From positions 2,176,001 through 2,240,000 of the forward strand of contig CAWKMU010000003.1 of the NCBI GenBank assembly GCA_963850905.1: a DNA stretch of 64,000 bases, read 5' to 3'. The notes beneath the pieces are model-generated. The model did no database searches. It worked only from the letters and a program-made list of their open reading frames with translations, and was not told the origin of the DNA. Source of the stretch: an uncultured Gemmatimonadales bacterium (GTDB taxonomy: Bacteria > Gemmatimonadota > Gemmatimonadetes > Gemmatimonadales > Gemmatimonadaceae). Position numbers and translations under genes: made by a program. Below are positions 19,901-29,907 of this stretch, piece after piece; position 1 is the first letter of the stretch; each line of letters starts with the position of its first letter.

Positions 19901-20293
19901 TCGCTCATGGGATCGATCATGGCCGTGGGGATCGGCGTATCCAACTCGATCTTGGTCGTGACATTCGCCCATGATATTCGCGTCGAGCGCCGGATGTCCG
20001 CGGCCGCTGCGGCCGTGGAGGCTGGCAAGACGCGACTCCGACCGGTGTTGATGACGGCACTGGCGATGATCCTCGGGATGGTCCCGACCGCGATCGGACT
20101 GGGTGAAGGCAGCAGTCAGAACGCCCCACTCGGTATAGCCGTGATCGGTGGCTTGTTCATGGCGACCCTCTTCACACTCTGCTTTGTCCCGGTGGTGTAT
20201 TCACTCGTACGGCGTCCCGTTCCGGAGCGATTCTCGCTCGAGGAACGTTTCAAGGCCGAAGAGCAAGGGTTGACCTATGATGAGGGTTACTGA
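16951..20293 (+). CDS. RND efflux permease (AcrB/AcrD/AcrF superfamily), several frameshifts
   Basis: MWIVRLALRQPYT, VDIFPVIDIPVV, GLLVDNAIVTVEN, RLRPVLMTALAMILGMVP. Frame changes near 17220, 18670, 18800, 18870, 19190 and 19330. Confidence 0.88.
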
Positions 20294-21496
20294 ATGACAT
20301 CCACCCGATCCTCGTCGCCGTCACCCCGAGGCGGCCCGCAGGAGCCGTCGTGGACGCCGAGCTACAGGCCGAGCAGCCGAGCGCGCTCCCTGCTCTATAT
20401 CGGTGGCGCGATCGTCCTGGTCGCCGCGATCGTGACCGTCATCGCGCTCTCGGCATTCAAACGCACATCGGTGGCCCAAGAGCGTCGTGATCGGATCGCG
20501 TCTGTGACGAAAGGGCCCGTTGTGCAGGTCGTCCCGGTCGAGCTGTCGCCGGGCGCGCGTGTCATCTCGTTGACGGGTGAGACGCGGCCATTTCTGTCGG
20601 TTGCGCTCTACGCCAAGGTGAGTGGGTATCTCAAGGAGGTCAGAGTCGACAAGGGAGACCGCGTCACGCGCGGTGAGGTCCTGGCTGTGGTCGAATCGCC
20701 GGAGACGGACCAGGAGGTCGAAGGCGCGATCGCCGATGCGAAAAACAAACGCACCATCGCGGACCGGGATACCGCGTTGATTGCGCAGAAGCTCATCGCC
20801 CCCGAAGAGGCGGAGCAGGCGGAGACCAACGCGCAGGTCGCCGCTTCTACCGCGGATCGATTGAGGGCTCTCAAAGACTACGAGTTGATCCACGCGCCCT
20901 TCAATGGGACGGTGACTGCTCGTTATGCGGATCCGGGGGCCCTGGTCCAGAACGCTGCCGGTTCGCAAACGAGCGCACTCCCGGTGGTGGAGGTTGGCAC
21001 GACGGACAGCTTGCGCATCTTCGTCTACCTGGCGCAGCGGGATGCGGCAGACATCCGGCGCGGGCAACCCGTCACAATAACAGATCCCAGTCGCCCAGGC
21101 GTGCATGTCATCGGCGCCGTGACGCGCTACACTGGCGAACTCGATCCGAATACGCGCACCCTGCTTGCCGAGATCGACCTCAGCAATCGCCATGGCAGCA
21201 TCGTTCCGGGAAGCTTCGTACAGGTATCGCTCGCAGTCGCGGGGCCGCGCTACCTCGAGATCCCGGCCGAAGCACTGATCGTACGGGGAACCAAAGACTT
21301 CGTCGCCGTTGTGTCCTCTGACAACCGCGTGACGTTCCGGGAAGTCCACATCCTCGACACCGACGGCGTGACCGTGCGCTTGGTCAGCGGTGTTCAGGAA
21401 GGCGAGCGAGTGGCGTTGAACCTCGGCGACAGCGTGCCCGAGGGCCAACACGTCCAGCCCTTTGGTGACAGCGCGGCCGCACGCAGCGTGTCATGA
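20294..21496 (+). CDS. RND periplasmic adaptor (membrane fusion protein)
   Basis: AKVSGYLKEVRVDKGDRV, IHAPFNGTVTARYADPG, LDPNTRTL. Confidence 0.9.
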   Translation: MTSTRSSSPSPRGGPQEPSWTPSYRPSSRARSLLYIGGAIVLVAAIVTVIALSAFKRTSVAQERRDRIASVTKGPVVQVVPVELSPGARVISLTGETRPFLSVALYAKVSGYLKEVRVDKGDRVTRGEVLAVVESPETDQEVEGAIADAKNKRTIADRDTALIAQKLIAPEEAEQAETNAQVAASTADRLRALKDYELIHAPFNGTVTARYADPGALVQNAAGSQTSALPVVEVGTTDSLRIFVYLAQRDAADIRRGQPVTITDPSRPGVHVIGAVTRYTGELDPNTRTLLAEIDLSNRHGSIVPGSFVQVSLAVAGPRYLEIPAEALIVRGTKDFVAVVSSDNRVTFREVHILDTDGVTVRLVSGVQEGERVALNLGDSVPEGQHVQPFGDSAAARSVS

Positions 21497-23010
21497 CATC
21501 GCGTGATGCGCGCTACGCGCGTTGGCGAGCACGCGGTCGGGTACTCGCGACGCTCGGCGCGACCATCGCCACGATCGCCGCCCCGTGCATCTCGAGTGCG
21601 CAGCAACCAGGGCTGACGCGAGACACGACCCGGGCCGGTCTCCCGGTCGCGATCCCGTTGCCGGTCACGCCACGACCGGCAACGGCCATGAGCACGCCGC
21701 CCCCGACGGTTCTGACCCTCGACACCGCGGTGGCCCTCGCCCTCGCGATCGGTACACCGGTGCAGCAGGCACGGTTGGCGAGCGCCAATGCGCGCACAGA
21801 GGCTACCCGGAGCTATTCCGGCATCCTGCCCTCGATCGTGGGCACCGGTGCTCGCACGCTCACGAACGGCAATCCACTAGTTGGATCCCGCGCAACCGCG
21901 CCGTGGAACACGCAGTTCGAGGTCATGGGGTACTCGCTCCAGACCTCGCTCAATCTTCTCGGCGCGGTCAGCGCCTACCCAGGCATCCGATCGGCAGACT
22001 ATACCCGTCAGACGTATGACCTGTCGCTGGAGCGGACGCGCCAGTCCGTGGCACTCGACGTCTCGCAGGCATTTTTGCAGACAGTTCTCGACAGCCAACT
22101 CGTCGTCATAGCGGCGCAGAATTATGCGCTATCGCAGGAACAGGTGGTCCAGCTGCAAGGCCTCGTACGTGTTGGCAAGCGTCCACCAGCCGACATGTAT
22201 CAAGCGCAGGCACAAGCCAGCGCGAACCAATCGCTGTACCTCGACGCCATCAACCGCCAGCGAGTCGATGAGATCGGGCTGTTGCAGCGAGTGCACATCG
22301 ATCCGCAGCAAACCGTCGCGATCGCGACTCCGGCATTGGACACGAGCCTGCTGAGCGCCCAGTACCTGGACACCACGCGAGTCGCCACCGCGGCGCTTGA
22401 CCGCCGTCCGGACCTGCAGTCGGCTCAAACGGGGGTGGATGCCGCCCGGTGGGGCATTCGTCGCGCGTCGAGCGAGAATATGCCCTCGTTGTCAGTGGGG
22501 TTCACCCTCTTTTCGACCGGCCGAGTCTTCGACTACGCGTATCAAGACGGTGTCCCACAGGTCACGACGCCGCAATCACCGCTCGGCACGCAGATCGGCA
22601 GCCAGGCGACGCGCATTTTCTCTATTGGCCTGGGCTACAACCTGTTCGACCTGTGGAGGTCGAATCTCGACCGTCAGGAGGCGCAAGCCGCGTATGGGCT
22701 GGCGCAGGTAGCTGAAGGTGATGTGAAGCGCGCGGTAACCGGCGATGTGGCACGCGCCATCGGCGAGTACAGCGTGTCGGTGCAACGCATGGCGTCGACC
22801 GCCTCGGGCCTCACCGCCGCGCAAGCGGCGTTTGACCTGGTCAGGGGCCGATACAACGTCGGATTTGCGTCGATTGTGGATTTGCTCACGGCGCAGGCCG
22901 CCCTCGCGCAAGCGCAAAGCTTGCGCGCGCAGGCCATCGTCCAGATGTCGTTGGCGAAACGGGCGGTTGCCTACGCAATGGGATTCCAGCCCACCGATCG
23001 CCTACCGTAG
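21493..23010 (+). CDS. TolC-family outer membrane efflux protein
   Basis: Signal peptide, ALDRRPDLQSA, RYNVGFASIVDLLTAQ; ATGA overlap with the adaptor gene. Confidence 0.88.
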   Translation: MTSRDARYARWRARGRVLATLGATIATIAAPCISSAQQPGLTRDTTRAGLPVAIPLPVTPRPATAMSTPPPTVLTLDTAVALALAIGTPVQQARLASANARTEATRSYSGILPSIVGTGARTLTNGNPLVGSRATAPWNTQFEVMGYSLQTSLNLLGAVSAYPGIRSADYTRQTYDLSLERTRQSVALDVSQAFLQTVLDSQLVVIAAQNYALSQEQVVQLQGLVRVGKRPPADMYQAQAQASANQSLYLDAINRQRVDEIGLLQRVHIDPQQTVAIATPALDTSLLSAQYLDTTRVATAALDRRPDLQSAQTGVDAARWGIRRASSENMPSLSVGFTLFSTGRVFDYAYQDGVPQVTTPQSPLGTQIGSQATRIFSIGLGYNLFDLWRSNLDRQEAQAAYGLAQVAEGDVKRAVTGDVARAIGEYSVSVQRMASTASGLTAAQAAFDLVRGRYNVGFASIVDLLTAQAALAQAQSLRAQAIVQMSLAKRAVAYAMGFQPTDRLP

Positions 23011-23033
23011 CGTCTCTTCGCTGGAGGCTGGAA

Positions 23034-23901
23034 TTGATCGCCGCTCCTTTGCTCGGTACGCCGCACAGTCTGGCGGCCTTCGCGCTCCTCGTCGGCCTCG
23101 TTTCAATGGTCGCGGGTCTGCTGGGCGCCCTGACCGGTCTCGGCGGGGGAGTCGTGATCGTCCCCGTCCTGACGATCGGTTTTGGCGTCAACATCCGCTA
23201 CGCAATGGGAGCATCGCTCGTCTCGGTGATCGCCACGTCGTCCGGCGCGGCGGCCAGCTACGTGCGAGAGGGTTTCTCGAACATACGTATCGGCATCTTC
23301 CTGGAGGTCGCCACGACCCTGGGCGCACTCACCGGCGCGTTCCTGACCGGACTCGTTCCGGCTGATCTCATCGCGATCGTCTTCGGTCTCGTCTTGCTCG
23401 GCTCCGCGTACGTGTCTTCGCATATCACGACTGATATCGTCGGATCGGCGCCGCCCGACCCGCTCGCGGCCCGTTTTCATCTCGAGGGGACCTATCCCAC
23501 GCCGACTGGCTTGCGACACTATGTAGCTCGGGGCGTGCGCACGGGATTCGGCCTCATGCTCGGCGCCGGTGCGCTCTCGGGCTTGCTCGGCATCGGGTCG
23601 GGAGCCGTCAAGGTCTTGGCGATGGACTACGCCATGCGCCTGCCGTTCAAGGTCTCCACGACCACCAGCAACTTCATGATCGGCGTCACGGCTGCAGCCA
23701 GTGCCGGCGTCTACCTGCACAGAGGCTACATCGATCCCACGGTGACGATGCCGGTGATGCTGGGCATTCTCGCGGGCGCGACCCTGGGGACGCGTGTGCT
23801 CCTCGTCGCCGGGGTTGGCGCGCTCCGTCGGCTCTTTACTGGAGTGATTGTCTTGCTCGGCATCGAGAATGCTCTACAAGGGGCTGACCCATGGCTTCTG
23901 A
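23034..23901 (+). CDS. TauE/SafE (TSUP) family sulfite exporter, frameshift near the 3' end
   Basis: GALTGLGGGVVIVP, LSGLLGIGSGAVKV, STTTSNFMIGVT. Removing one base near 23868 restores ...IEMLYKGLTHGF*. Confidence 0.85.
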
Positions 23902-24322
23902 TGTCTCCCCATCCGGCGATCCCGCGTCCGCGCCGTCACCCGGGCGAGGCCACGCGATCGAGACGGATGATCCGCTCGCGCGTGCAGTCGGCGTCGTGCT
24001 CCAGGTCGGCGTCGCCGCGGCTGCCGTCATCACGGCTATTGGTGGCCTGCTCCTGCTTCGTGCTCATGGCGCGGACGTCCCGCAGTTCGCGCGGTTCGTG
24101 GGTCCCACGCCGTCGTCCACAGTCATGGGCGCGCTGCGCGGGGCGGCGCACGGCGACAGCGCATCGCTGATCCAAACCGGGTTGCTCGTACTGATCGCGA
24201 CTCCGGTTGCACGAGTCGTGATGCTCCTCATCGGTTTCATTCGCGAGCGCCGCTGGCTCTATGTCGCGCTGTCGACCATCGTGCTGGGTGCGCTGGCGGT
24301 GAGCGTACTCCAGTTGGGGTAG
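23891..24322 (+). CDS. DUF1634 family membrane protein
   Basis: LIQTGLLVLIATPVARV motif; usual partner of this TauE subfamily. Confidence 0.85.
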   Translation: MASDVSPSGDPASAPSPGRGHAIETDDPLARAVGVVLQVGVAAAAVITAIGGLLLLRAHGADVPQFARFVGPTPSSTVMGALRGAAHGDSASLIQTGLLVLIATPVARVVMLLIGFIRERRWLYVALSTIVLGALAVSVLQLG

Positions 24323-24330
24323 CGATCGCC

Positions 24331-24358
24331 GGACGTCAGACGTTGGACGTTGGACGTT
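24331..24358. repeat. Four tandem heptamers RGACGTY between convergent gene ends
   Basis: GGACGTC-AGACGTT-GGACGTT-GGACGTT; overlaps the DUF72 stop codon. Confidence 0.7.
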
Positions 24359-25052
24359 GCGCATGCAGAAACGCGCCCACGGCAGTCGGCCCCGATCCCG
24401 CGGTGTGATCGTGCTTGAAGAAGACGTAGGCATCGTGCCACGGCTGCGCGGCGATTCGGCCCGCCCAATCGGCCAGCGCCGGCGCGTCGTAGTCGAAGCG
24501 ATGTAGCCGCAAGTAGCCCCATGACGCGGTCGCCAAGAGCGGGGCGTGAAAGTCCTCCTGCTCCGAAACGCACAGCGCGATGTCGTGCGCCCGCAACACG
24601 GTGATCACGTCCTCATCGAACCAGCTCGGGTGGCGAAACTCGATGGTGAAGCGACGCCCGCTGGGCAGGAGCGGCAGAAACGACTGGAGGCGTCCGATGT
24701 CCTTCTTGAGATTGGGAGGAAGCTGAAAGAGAATCGGTCCGAGCTTGCTGCCGAGCAGCGCGGTGGCGCGAATCAGGTAGTCGACCAGTTCTGCCGATTC
24801 CGGCTTGAGCCGCGCATGGTGGGTAATGCGCTGGCTCGCCTTGATGGCAAATGTGAAACCGTCGGGTACTTGCGAGGCCCACCCGGCGAGCACGCTCTCT
24901 CGAGGCAGGCGATAGAAGGTGTTGTTGATCTCGACCGTCGGAAACCGGCTCGCGTAGTAACCCAGCATGTCACTGTCCGCGAGGTCATCGGGATAGAACG
25001 GGCCTTTCCACTCCTTGAACGCATACCCGCTCGTTCCCACGAGCACGTTCAC
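24336..25052 (-). CDS. DUF72 (YecE-like) domain protein
   Basis: VGTSGYAFKEWKGPFYP, VEINNTFYRLP, LFQLPP, EFRHPSW, YLRLH, YVFFKHD. Confidence 0.92.
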   Translation of the reverse strand: MNVLVGTSGYAFKEWKGPFYPDDLADSDMLGYYASRFPTVEINNTFYRLPRESVLAGWASQVPDGFTFAIKASQRITHHARLKPESAELVDYLIRATALLGSKLGPILFQLPPNLKKDIGRLQSFLPLLPSGRRFTIEFRHPSWFDEDVITVLRAHDIALCVSEQEDFHAPLLATASWGYLRLHRFDYDAPALADWAGRIAAQPWHDAYVFFKHDHTAGSGPTAVGAFLHAQRPTSNV

Positions 25053-25858
25053 GAGACTTTCCGCGCCGTCCCGCCGGTCTCCGGCTGCTCACGAGCCAGG
25101 CTCGCTTTCAGCGCCTCCATCAGGTCGAGAATCTTGCCACCGCCCTCGGGTGTCACGTCAGCCGTGATGGCCTGGCCGTCGATCTTGCCCTGAATGGCCT
25201 CGAGCACGCGGTCACGAACGGTGTCGTGATACTTTTCCGGCTCAAAGGTCTCGCTTGCCGACTGCTCGATGAGTTGTTTGGCGAGAGCGAGCTCGGTGGG
25301 CTTTACGTCGCCAGCGCCCAGCGGCACGTCGCTGGGTGACCGCACCTCGTCCGAATAGTGCAACTGCTCCATCACCAGCACGCCGTCGCGCGGCCGAAGC
25401 AGGACGAGATGTTGTTGACCCCGGGCGGCGTATTGGCCAAGCGCAGCCCGCCCCGTTTCCTTCAGCGCTTCCGCAAGGAGCCGGTAGGCACGATCTCCGC
25501 CTTTGTCAGGACCCAGATAGTACACTTTTTCGAGATATTCCCGGTCGACCTGTGCGAGGGGCACGAACTCCACGACATCGATGGTGCCTGTGGCCTTCTC
25601 CTCGAGAGCCTTGAGGTCCTCTGCTGTGAACGTCACGTATTGGTCCTTCGCGAACTCGTACCCCTTGATCGTTTCGTCCCGCCCGACCACTTCGCTGTCC
25701 TTCGGGCAGATGTATTGTTGCTTGAGACGCGTGCCACATTTCTTGTGAAGCATGTTGAAGGACACGCCGGACTTGGACTCGGCCGAGGAATACAGGTTGA
25801 CCGGAACCGAAACGAGCCCGAAGGAAATGGTGGCGGTGCCGATGGATCGAGCGGGCAT
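25049..25858 (-). CDS. ku: Non-homologous end-joining protein Ku
   Basis: MPARSIGTATISFGLVSVPVNLYS, KGYEFAKDQYV, FEPEKYHD, ILDLMEALKASL. Confidence 0.95.
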   Translation of the reverse strand: MPARSIGTATISFGLVSVPVNLYSSAESKSGVSFNMLHKKCGTRLKQQYICPKDSEVVGRDETIKGYEFAKDQYVTFTAEDLKALEEKATGTIDVVEFVPLAQVDREYLEKVYYLGPDKGGDRAYRLLAEALKETGRAALGQYAARGQQHLVLLRPRDGVLVMEQLHYSDEVRSPSDVPLGAGDVKPTELALAKQLIEQSASETFEPEKYHDTVRDRVLEAIQGKIDGQAITADVTPEGGGKILDLMEALKASLAREQPETGGTARKVS

Positions 25859-25974
25859 TGGCAGTCGGGTGGAGGTTCGCAGGTAGACAGCGAGTCGACA
25901 CGCAGCCCGGGGTTTGCAGACTCTGCCGAAGCCCGAGCCTACGGCGAAGAAATGTAGCCTGATACGAGAGGCCG

Positions 25975-28614
25975 ATGCCCGCAAGAGGTGATCCACCTGG
26001 CAAGCCGGTCGAGCCCGCAGACGACGCCCTAAGCGCGTACCGCGCGAAACGATCACCCGACCGCTCTCCGGAGCCGGTCGGCACCGTCTCCCCGGTACCG
26101 GGCCGATTGTTCGTGGTCCACAAGCACGCCGCACGCCAGTTGCACTTCGATTTGCGGCTCGAGATGGACGGCGTGTTGCGTTCATGGGCCGTCCCGAAAG
26201 GGCCGTCGTACGACATGCACGACAAGCGGCTGGCCGTGAAGGTGGAGGATCACCCGCTCGAGTACGGGGACTTCGAGGGCATCATCCCGGCGGGGAACTA
26301 TGGCGCGGGCGGCGTGATCGTATGGGACCGCGGTGAGTGGATCCCGCTCGAGGACCCCCGCACAGGCCTCGAAAAGGGCAAGCTGCTCTTCGAGCTCAAA
26401 GGTTACAAGCTCCATGGAAAGTGGACGCTGGTCAAAATCAAGAAGAGCGAGAAGGATTGGCTCCTCATCAAGGAGCGAGATAGCTGGGTGAAGGAGCCCG
26501 GGGATCAGTTCCCCGAAGAGTCCGTGCTGTCGGGTTTGACGGTCGAAGAGGTGAAGGCAGGGGCCAATCCCGCGAGCCGGCTCCGAACGGCCGTCGCGGA
26601 TGCAGGCGCCACGCGGGCGGATGTCGACCCGAGGTCGGTCGAGGTGATGCTGGCGGAGCCCGCGGAGGACGCGTTCACTCGAGACGGTTGGGTGTTCGAG
26701 CTCAAGCTCGATGGCTACCGACTACTCGCGAGCAAGGTGCACGGCGAGGCGCTGCTCCTCACTCGAAATGGGAATGACTACACTGGGGTCTTCCCCGAGG
26801 TTGCGAGGGGGATCCAGGCGCTTCCTGTCGATGAGTGCATCATCGACGGCGAAGTCGTCGTGCTGGATCCCCAAGGGAAACCCAGTTTTGCCCTCTTACA
26901 AAAGCGTGGGCGACTCACCGCGGCCCCGGACGTCAAGCGCGCTGCCGTCGAGCTGCCCGCCACGTTCTTCGCGTTCGACCTGCTTGCTGCGGAGGGGTAC
27001 GACCTCCGCTCGCTACCCCTCGTGCGCCGGAAGCAGCTGCTTCGCGACTTCCTTCCCGCGCTCGGCCCGCTCCGATTCCTCGATCACATCGATCGCGAGG
27101 GGGAAACGGTTCTCCAGCATGTCGAAGGGCTCGGTCTCGAGGGGATTATCGCCAAGAAGGCGGACGCGCCATATCGGGCAGGTCGATCGGCGCAGTGGCT
27201 GAAGATCAAATCTGAACCCACCGATGACTTCGTAATCGTCGGATTCACACAGCCCAAGGGGAGCCGCAGCGGGCTGGGTGCACTCCAACTGGCGGACTAC
27301 GTCAACGGTACGCTGGTGTATGCCGGGCGCGTGGGCACTGGCTTCAATGCATCGCAGTTGGAGGAGTTGCGCGCGCGCCTGGCCGAACACCCACGCGCGA
27401 CCGCCGCGTGCTTCGGCCCGGTCGTCGCGCCCGGTGCCGAGCCGCTGCCAAGCGATGCGATCCCCGAAACACGGACCACGAGCTGGGTCGACCCGATGCT
27501 CGTGTGCGAGGTCCGCTTTCGGGAATGGACGCCCGACGGCGTGCTGCGCCACCCGGCGTTCCTCCGGATGCGGTTCGACAAGAATCCGCAGGACTGCGAG
27601 CGGCAGCGATGGGGCACTGGCCCGGCGACCGTCGCGGACGAGGGCGCGTCGATCGTGGCCGATCGGCCAGAAGACTTGCCCCGCGTCGCGACACCTCCCG
27701 TACAGAAGACCGTCACGATCTCGAATCCCAACAAGACATTTTGGCCAGCCGAGCGATACACGAAAGGAGATCTCATTGCGTACTACCGGGACGTGTCGCG
27801 GTGGATTCTCCCGTACCTTCGCAATCGACCCGTGGTGCTGACGCGATTTCCGGACGGAATCGACGGAAAGTCGTTCTATCAAAAGGACGCGCCAGAGTTC
27901 GCGCCCGAGTGGATACGGACCGTCGCGATCTGGAGCGAGGATACGCAGCGCGATATTCGATATTTCGTCTGCGACGACGAGGAGTCGCTGCTGTACATCG
28001 CCAACATGGGATCGATCCCGTTGCACATCTGGGCGAGCCGCGTCGGGTCGCTCGAGCTGCCCGACTGGTGTGTCATCGATCTGGATCCAAAGGAGGCGCC
28101 GTTCAGCGATGTGATCCGCGCGGCACAGGTGCTGCACGGGATTTGTGATTCGATCGGACTGCCGAACTATGTGAAAACGACCGGCAAGACGGGTCTGCAT
28201 ATCCTCGTGCCGCTGGGACGACAGCTGACCTACGCGCAGTCACGCACGCTGGGGGAGTTGCTCGCACGCATCGTGCTCCGGGATTTGCATGATGTCGCGA
28301 CGATTACTCGACACGTGACGAAGCGCGGCGACAAGGTATACCTCGACTATCTGCAGAATCGCCACGGCCAGCTCATCGTAGCGCCATTCAGCGTGCGGCC
28401 GCTACCGGGTGCACCAGTGTCCATGCCGCTCCGCTGGTCGGAGGTTGACAACACCCTCGACCCCAAGGCGTTCACCATCAAGACCGCGATCGATCGCATG
28501 CAATCGCTGGGCACCGACCCGGTGCTCCCGGTGCTGGAAGAGAAGCCCGACCTGCAGGCGGCTCTGCAGCAACTTGGCGCGCTCCTCGCCGCCGTGCCGG
28601 GTGGAACGGGGTAA
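25975..28614 (+). CDS. ligD: DNA ligase D (phosphoesterase-ligase-polymerase order)
   Basis: PE domain HAARQLHFDLRLE/SWAVPKGPS; ligase ELKLDGYR/EGIIAK; polymerase DLDP/KTTGKTGLH/DYLQN. Confidence 0.95.
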   Translation: MPARGDPPGKPVEPADDALSAYRAKRSPDRSPEPVGTVSPVPGRLFVVHKHAARQLHFDLRLEMDGVLRSWAVPKGPSYDMHDKRLAVKVEDHPLEYGDFEGIIPAGNYGAGGVIVWDRGEWIPLEDPRTGLEKGKLLFELKGYKLHGKWTLVKIKKSEKDWLLIKERDSWVKEPGDQFPEESVLSGLTVEEVKAGANPASRLRTAVADAGATRADVDPRSVEVMLAEPAEDAFTRDGWVFELKLDGYRLLASKVHGEALLLTRNGNDYTGVFPEVARGIQALPVDECIIDGEVVVLDPQGKPSFALLQKRGRLTAAPDVKRAAVELPATFFAFDLLAAEGYDLRSLPLVRRKQLLRDFLPALGPLRFLDHIDREGETVLQHVEGLGLEGIIAKKADAPYRAGRSAQWLKIKSEPTDDFVIVGFTQPKGSRSGLGALQLADYVNGTLVYAGRVGTGFNASQLEELRARLAEHPRATAACFGPVVAPGAEPLPSDAIPETRTTSWVDPMLVCEVRFREWTPDGVLRHPAFLRMRFDKNPQDCERQRWGTGPATVADEGASIVADRPEDLPRVATPPVQKTVTISNPNKTFWPAERYTKGDLIAYYRDVSRWILPYLRNRPVVLTRFPDGIDGKSFYQKDAPEFAPEWIRTVAIWSEDTQRDIRYFVCDDEESLLYIANMGSIPLHIWASRVGSLELPDWCVIDLDPKEAPFSDVIRAAQVLHGICDSIGLPNYVKTTGKTGLHILVPLGRQLTYAQSRTLGELLARIVLRDLHDVATITRHVTKRGDKVYLDYLQNRHGQLIVAPFSVRPLPGAPVSMPLRWSEVDNTLDPKAFTIKTAIDRMQSLGTDPVLPVLEEKPDLQAALQQLGALLAAVPGGTG

Positions 28615-28624
28615 GAAGCCGGCG

Positions 28625-29899
28625 TCAGGGGTCAGCAGCGTGCGTGGACGAGCACTCGCGCTGCCGGCGCTCCAGGAACTCCCGCTCGACACGCTGCGTC
28701 GTCAGTGACAGCGCTCGGCCGTATGCACGTGCGGCGTCGTCCAGCCGCCCCAGACGCCTCAGGCAATCCGCGCGCGCCGCATGCGCGTGAGCATAGTCGG
28801 CCAGGGCGCCGCTCGCGAGAATCGTGTCGATCAGGGTCAGACCTGCACCCGGTCCGTCGCGCATCGCGACCGCAGCGGCGCGATTGAGCGCGACGACGGG
28901 CAATGGTTCGAGCCGTTGCAGCACATCGTACAGCCCAACGATTTCATTCCAATCGGTGTCTTCCGCACTCGGCGCTTCGGCGTGGAGGGCGGCAATCGCC
29001 GCTTGCAGCGTGTATGGCCCGACGCGCTTCGACGCCAGCGCGCGCTCGACCAACGAGACCCCCTCGGCGATTTGGCTACGATTCCAGAGCGTGCGATTCT
29101 GTTCGCTGAGAAGGACGAGTTGCCCGCTGTCCGTGGATCGCGCGTCGCGTCGCGCGTCATGCAGGAGCATCAACGCGAGCAGTCCAACGGCTTCTGGGTC
29201 GGGGAGAAGCTCGACGAGCAGCCGTCCGAGGCGGATTGCCTCTCCGGTGAGGTCATGACGCGTGAGAGCGTCGCCCGCTGAGGCGGCGTAGCCTTCGTTG
29301 AACACCAGATAGATGACGCGGAGGACCGCGTCCAAGCGCTCCGGCAAGTCGGCCGGGCTCGGAACCTCGTACGGTATCTGGGCATCCCGGATCTTGCCCT
29401 TTGCGCGCACGATGCGTTGCGCGACGGTCGGCGGCGACGTCAGAAACGCCCTCGCAATCGCCTCTGTCGTGAGCCCACAGACCTCACGGAGGGTGAGTGC
29501 CACCTGCGCATCGCTTGGCAACGCGGGGTGGCAACACACGAAGACGAGTCGCAGCTGGTCATCGCGGAGGTGCTCGTCATCGATATCGGGAGCGACCGGG
29601 GCATCCGTCTCGAATTGCCCTGCCAGCGCTGCCAGCGCGACATCGAACGTTGCCCGGCGGCGCAAACGATCGATGGCCTGAAATCGGCCGACGGAGACGA
29701 GCCAGGCGTATGGGTTCGCGGGAATGCCCTGCGTCGGCCATTGTTCCAACGCCGCCACAAATGCGTCGTGCAGCGCCTCCTCGGCGATGTCGAAATCACC
29801 GAGAAGGCGGATGAGTGTCGCGAGCACGCGCCTCGACTCCGCGCGATACAAGGTCTCGAGGCGTCCGCGCACATGCCCGGCTGTCTCCTCAGCAGGCAT
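28625..29899 (-). CDS. ECF42-type sigma factor with C-terminal TPR-like extension (DUF6596)
   Basis: DDQLRLVFVCCHPAL, AQRIVRAK, YLVFNEGY, GPYTLQAAIAALH; adjacent YciI gene. Confidence 0.9.
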   Translation of the reverse strand: MPAEETAGHVRGRLETLYRAESRRVLATLIRLLGDFDIAEEALHDAFVAALEQWPTQGIPANPYAWLVSVGRFQAIDRLRRRATFDVALAALAGQFETDAPVAPDIDDEHLRDDQLRLVFVCCHPALPSDAQVALTLREVCGLTTEAIARAFLTSPPTVAQRIVRAKGKIRDAQIPYEVPSPADLPERLDAVLRVIYLVFNEGYAASAGDALTRHDLTGEAIRLGRLLVELLPDPEAVGLLALMLLHDARRDARSTDSGQLVLLSEQNRTLWNRSQIAEGVSLVERALASKRVGPYTLQAAIAALHAEAPSAEDTDWNEIVGLYDVLQRLEPLPVVALNRAAAVAMRDGPGAGLTLIDTILASGALADYAHAHAARADCLRRLGRLDDAARAYGRALSLTTQRVEREFLERRQRECSSTHAADP

Positions 29900-29907
29900 T
29901 CGGCCGT

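Noticed and set aside
25049..26185. Ku with a long N-terminal extension overlapping ligD
   Set aside because: The canonical Ku N-terminus (MPARSI…ISFGLV) starts at 25858.
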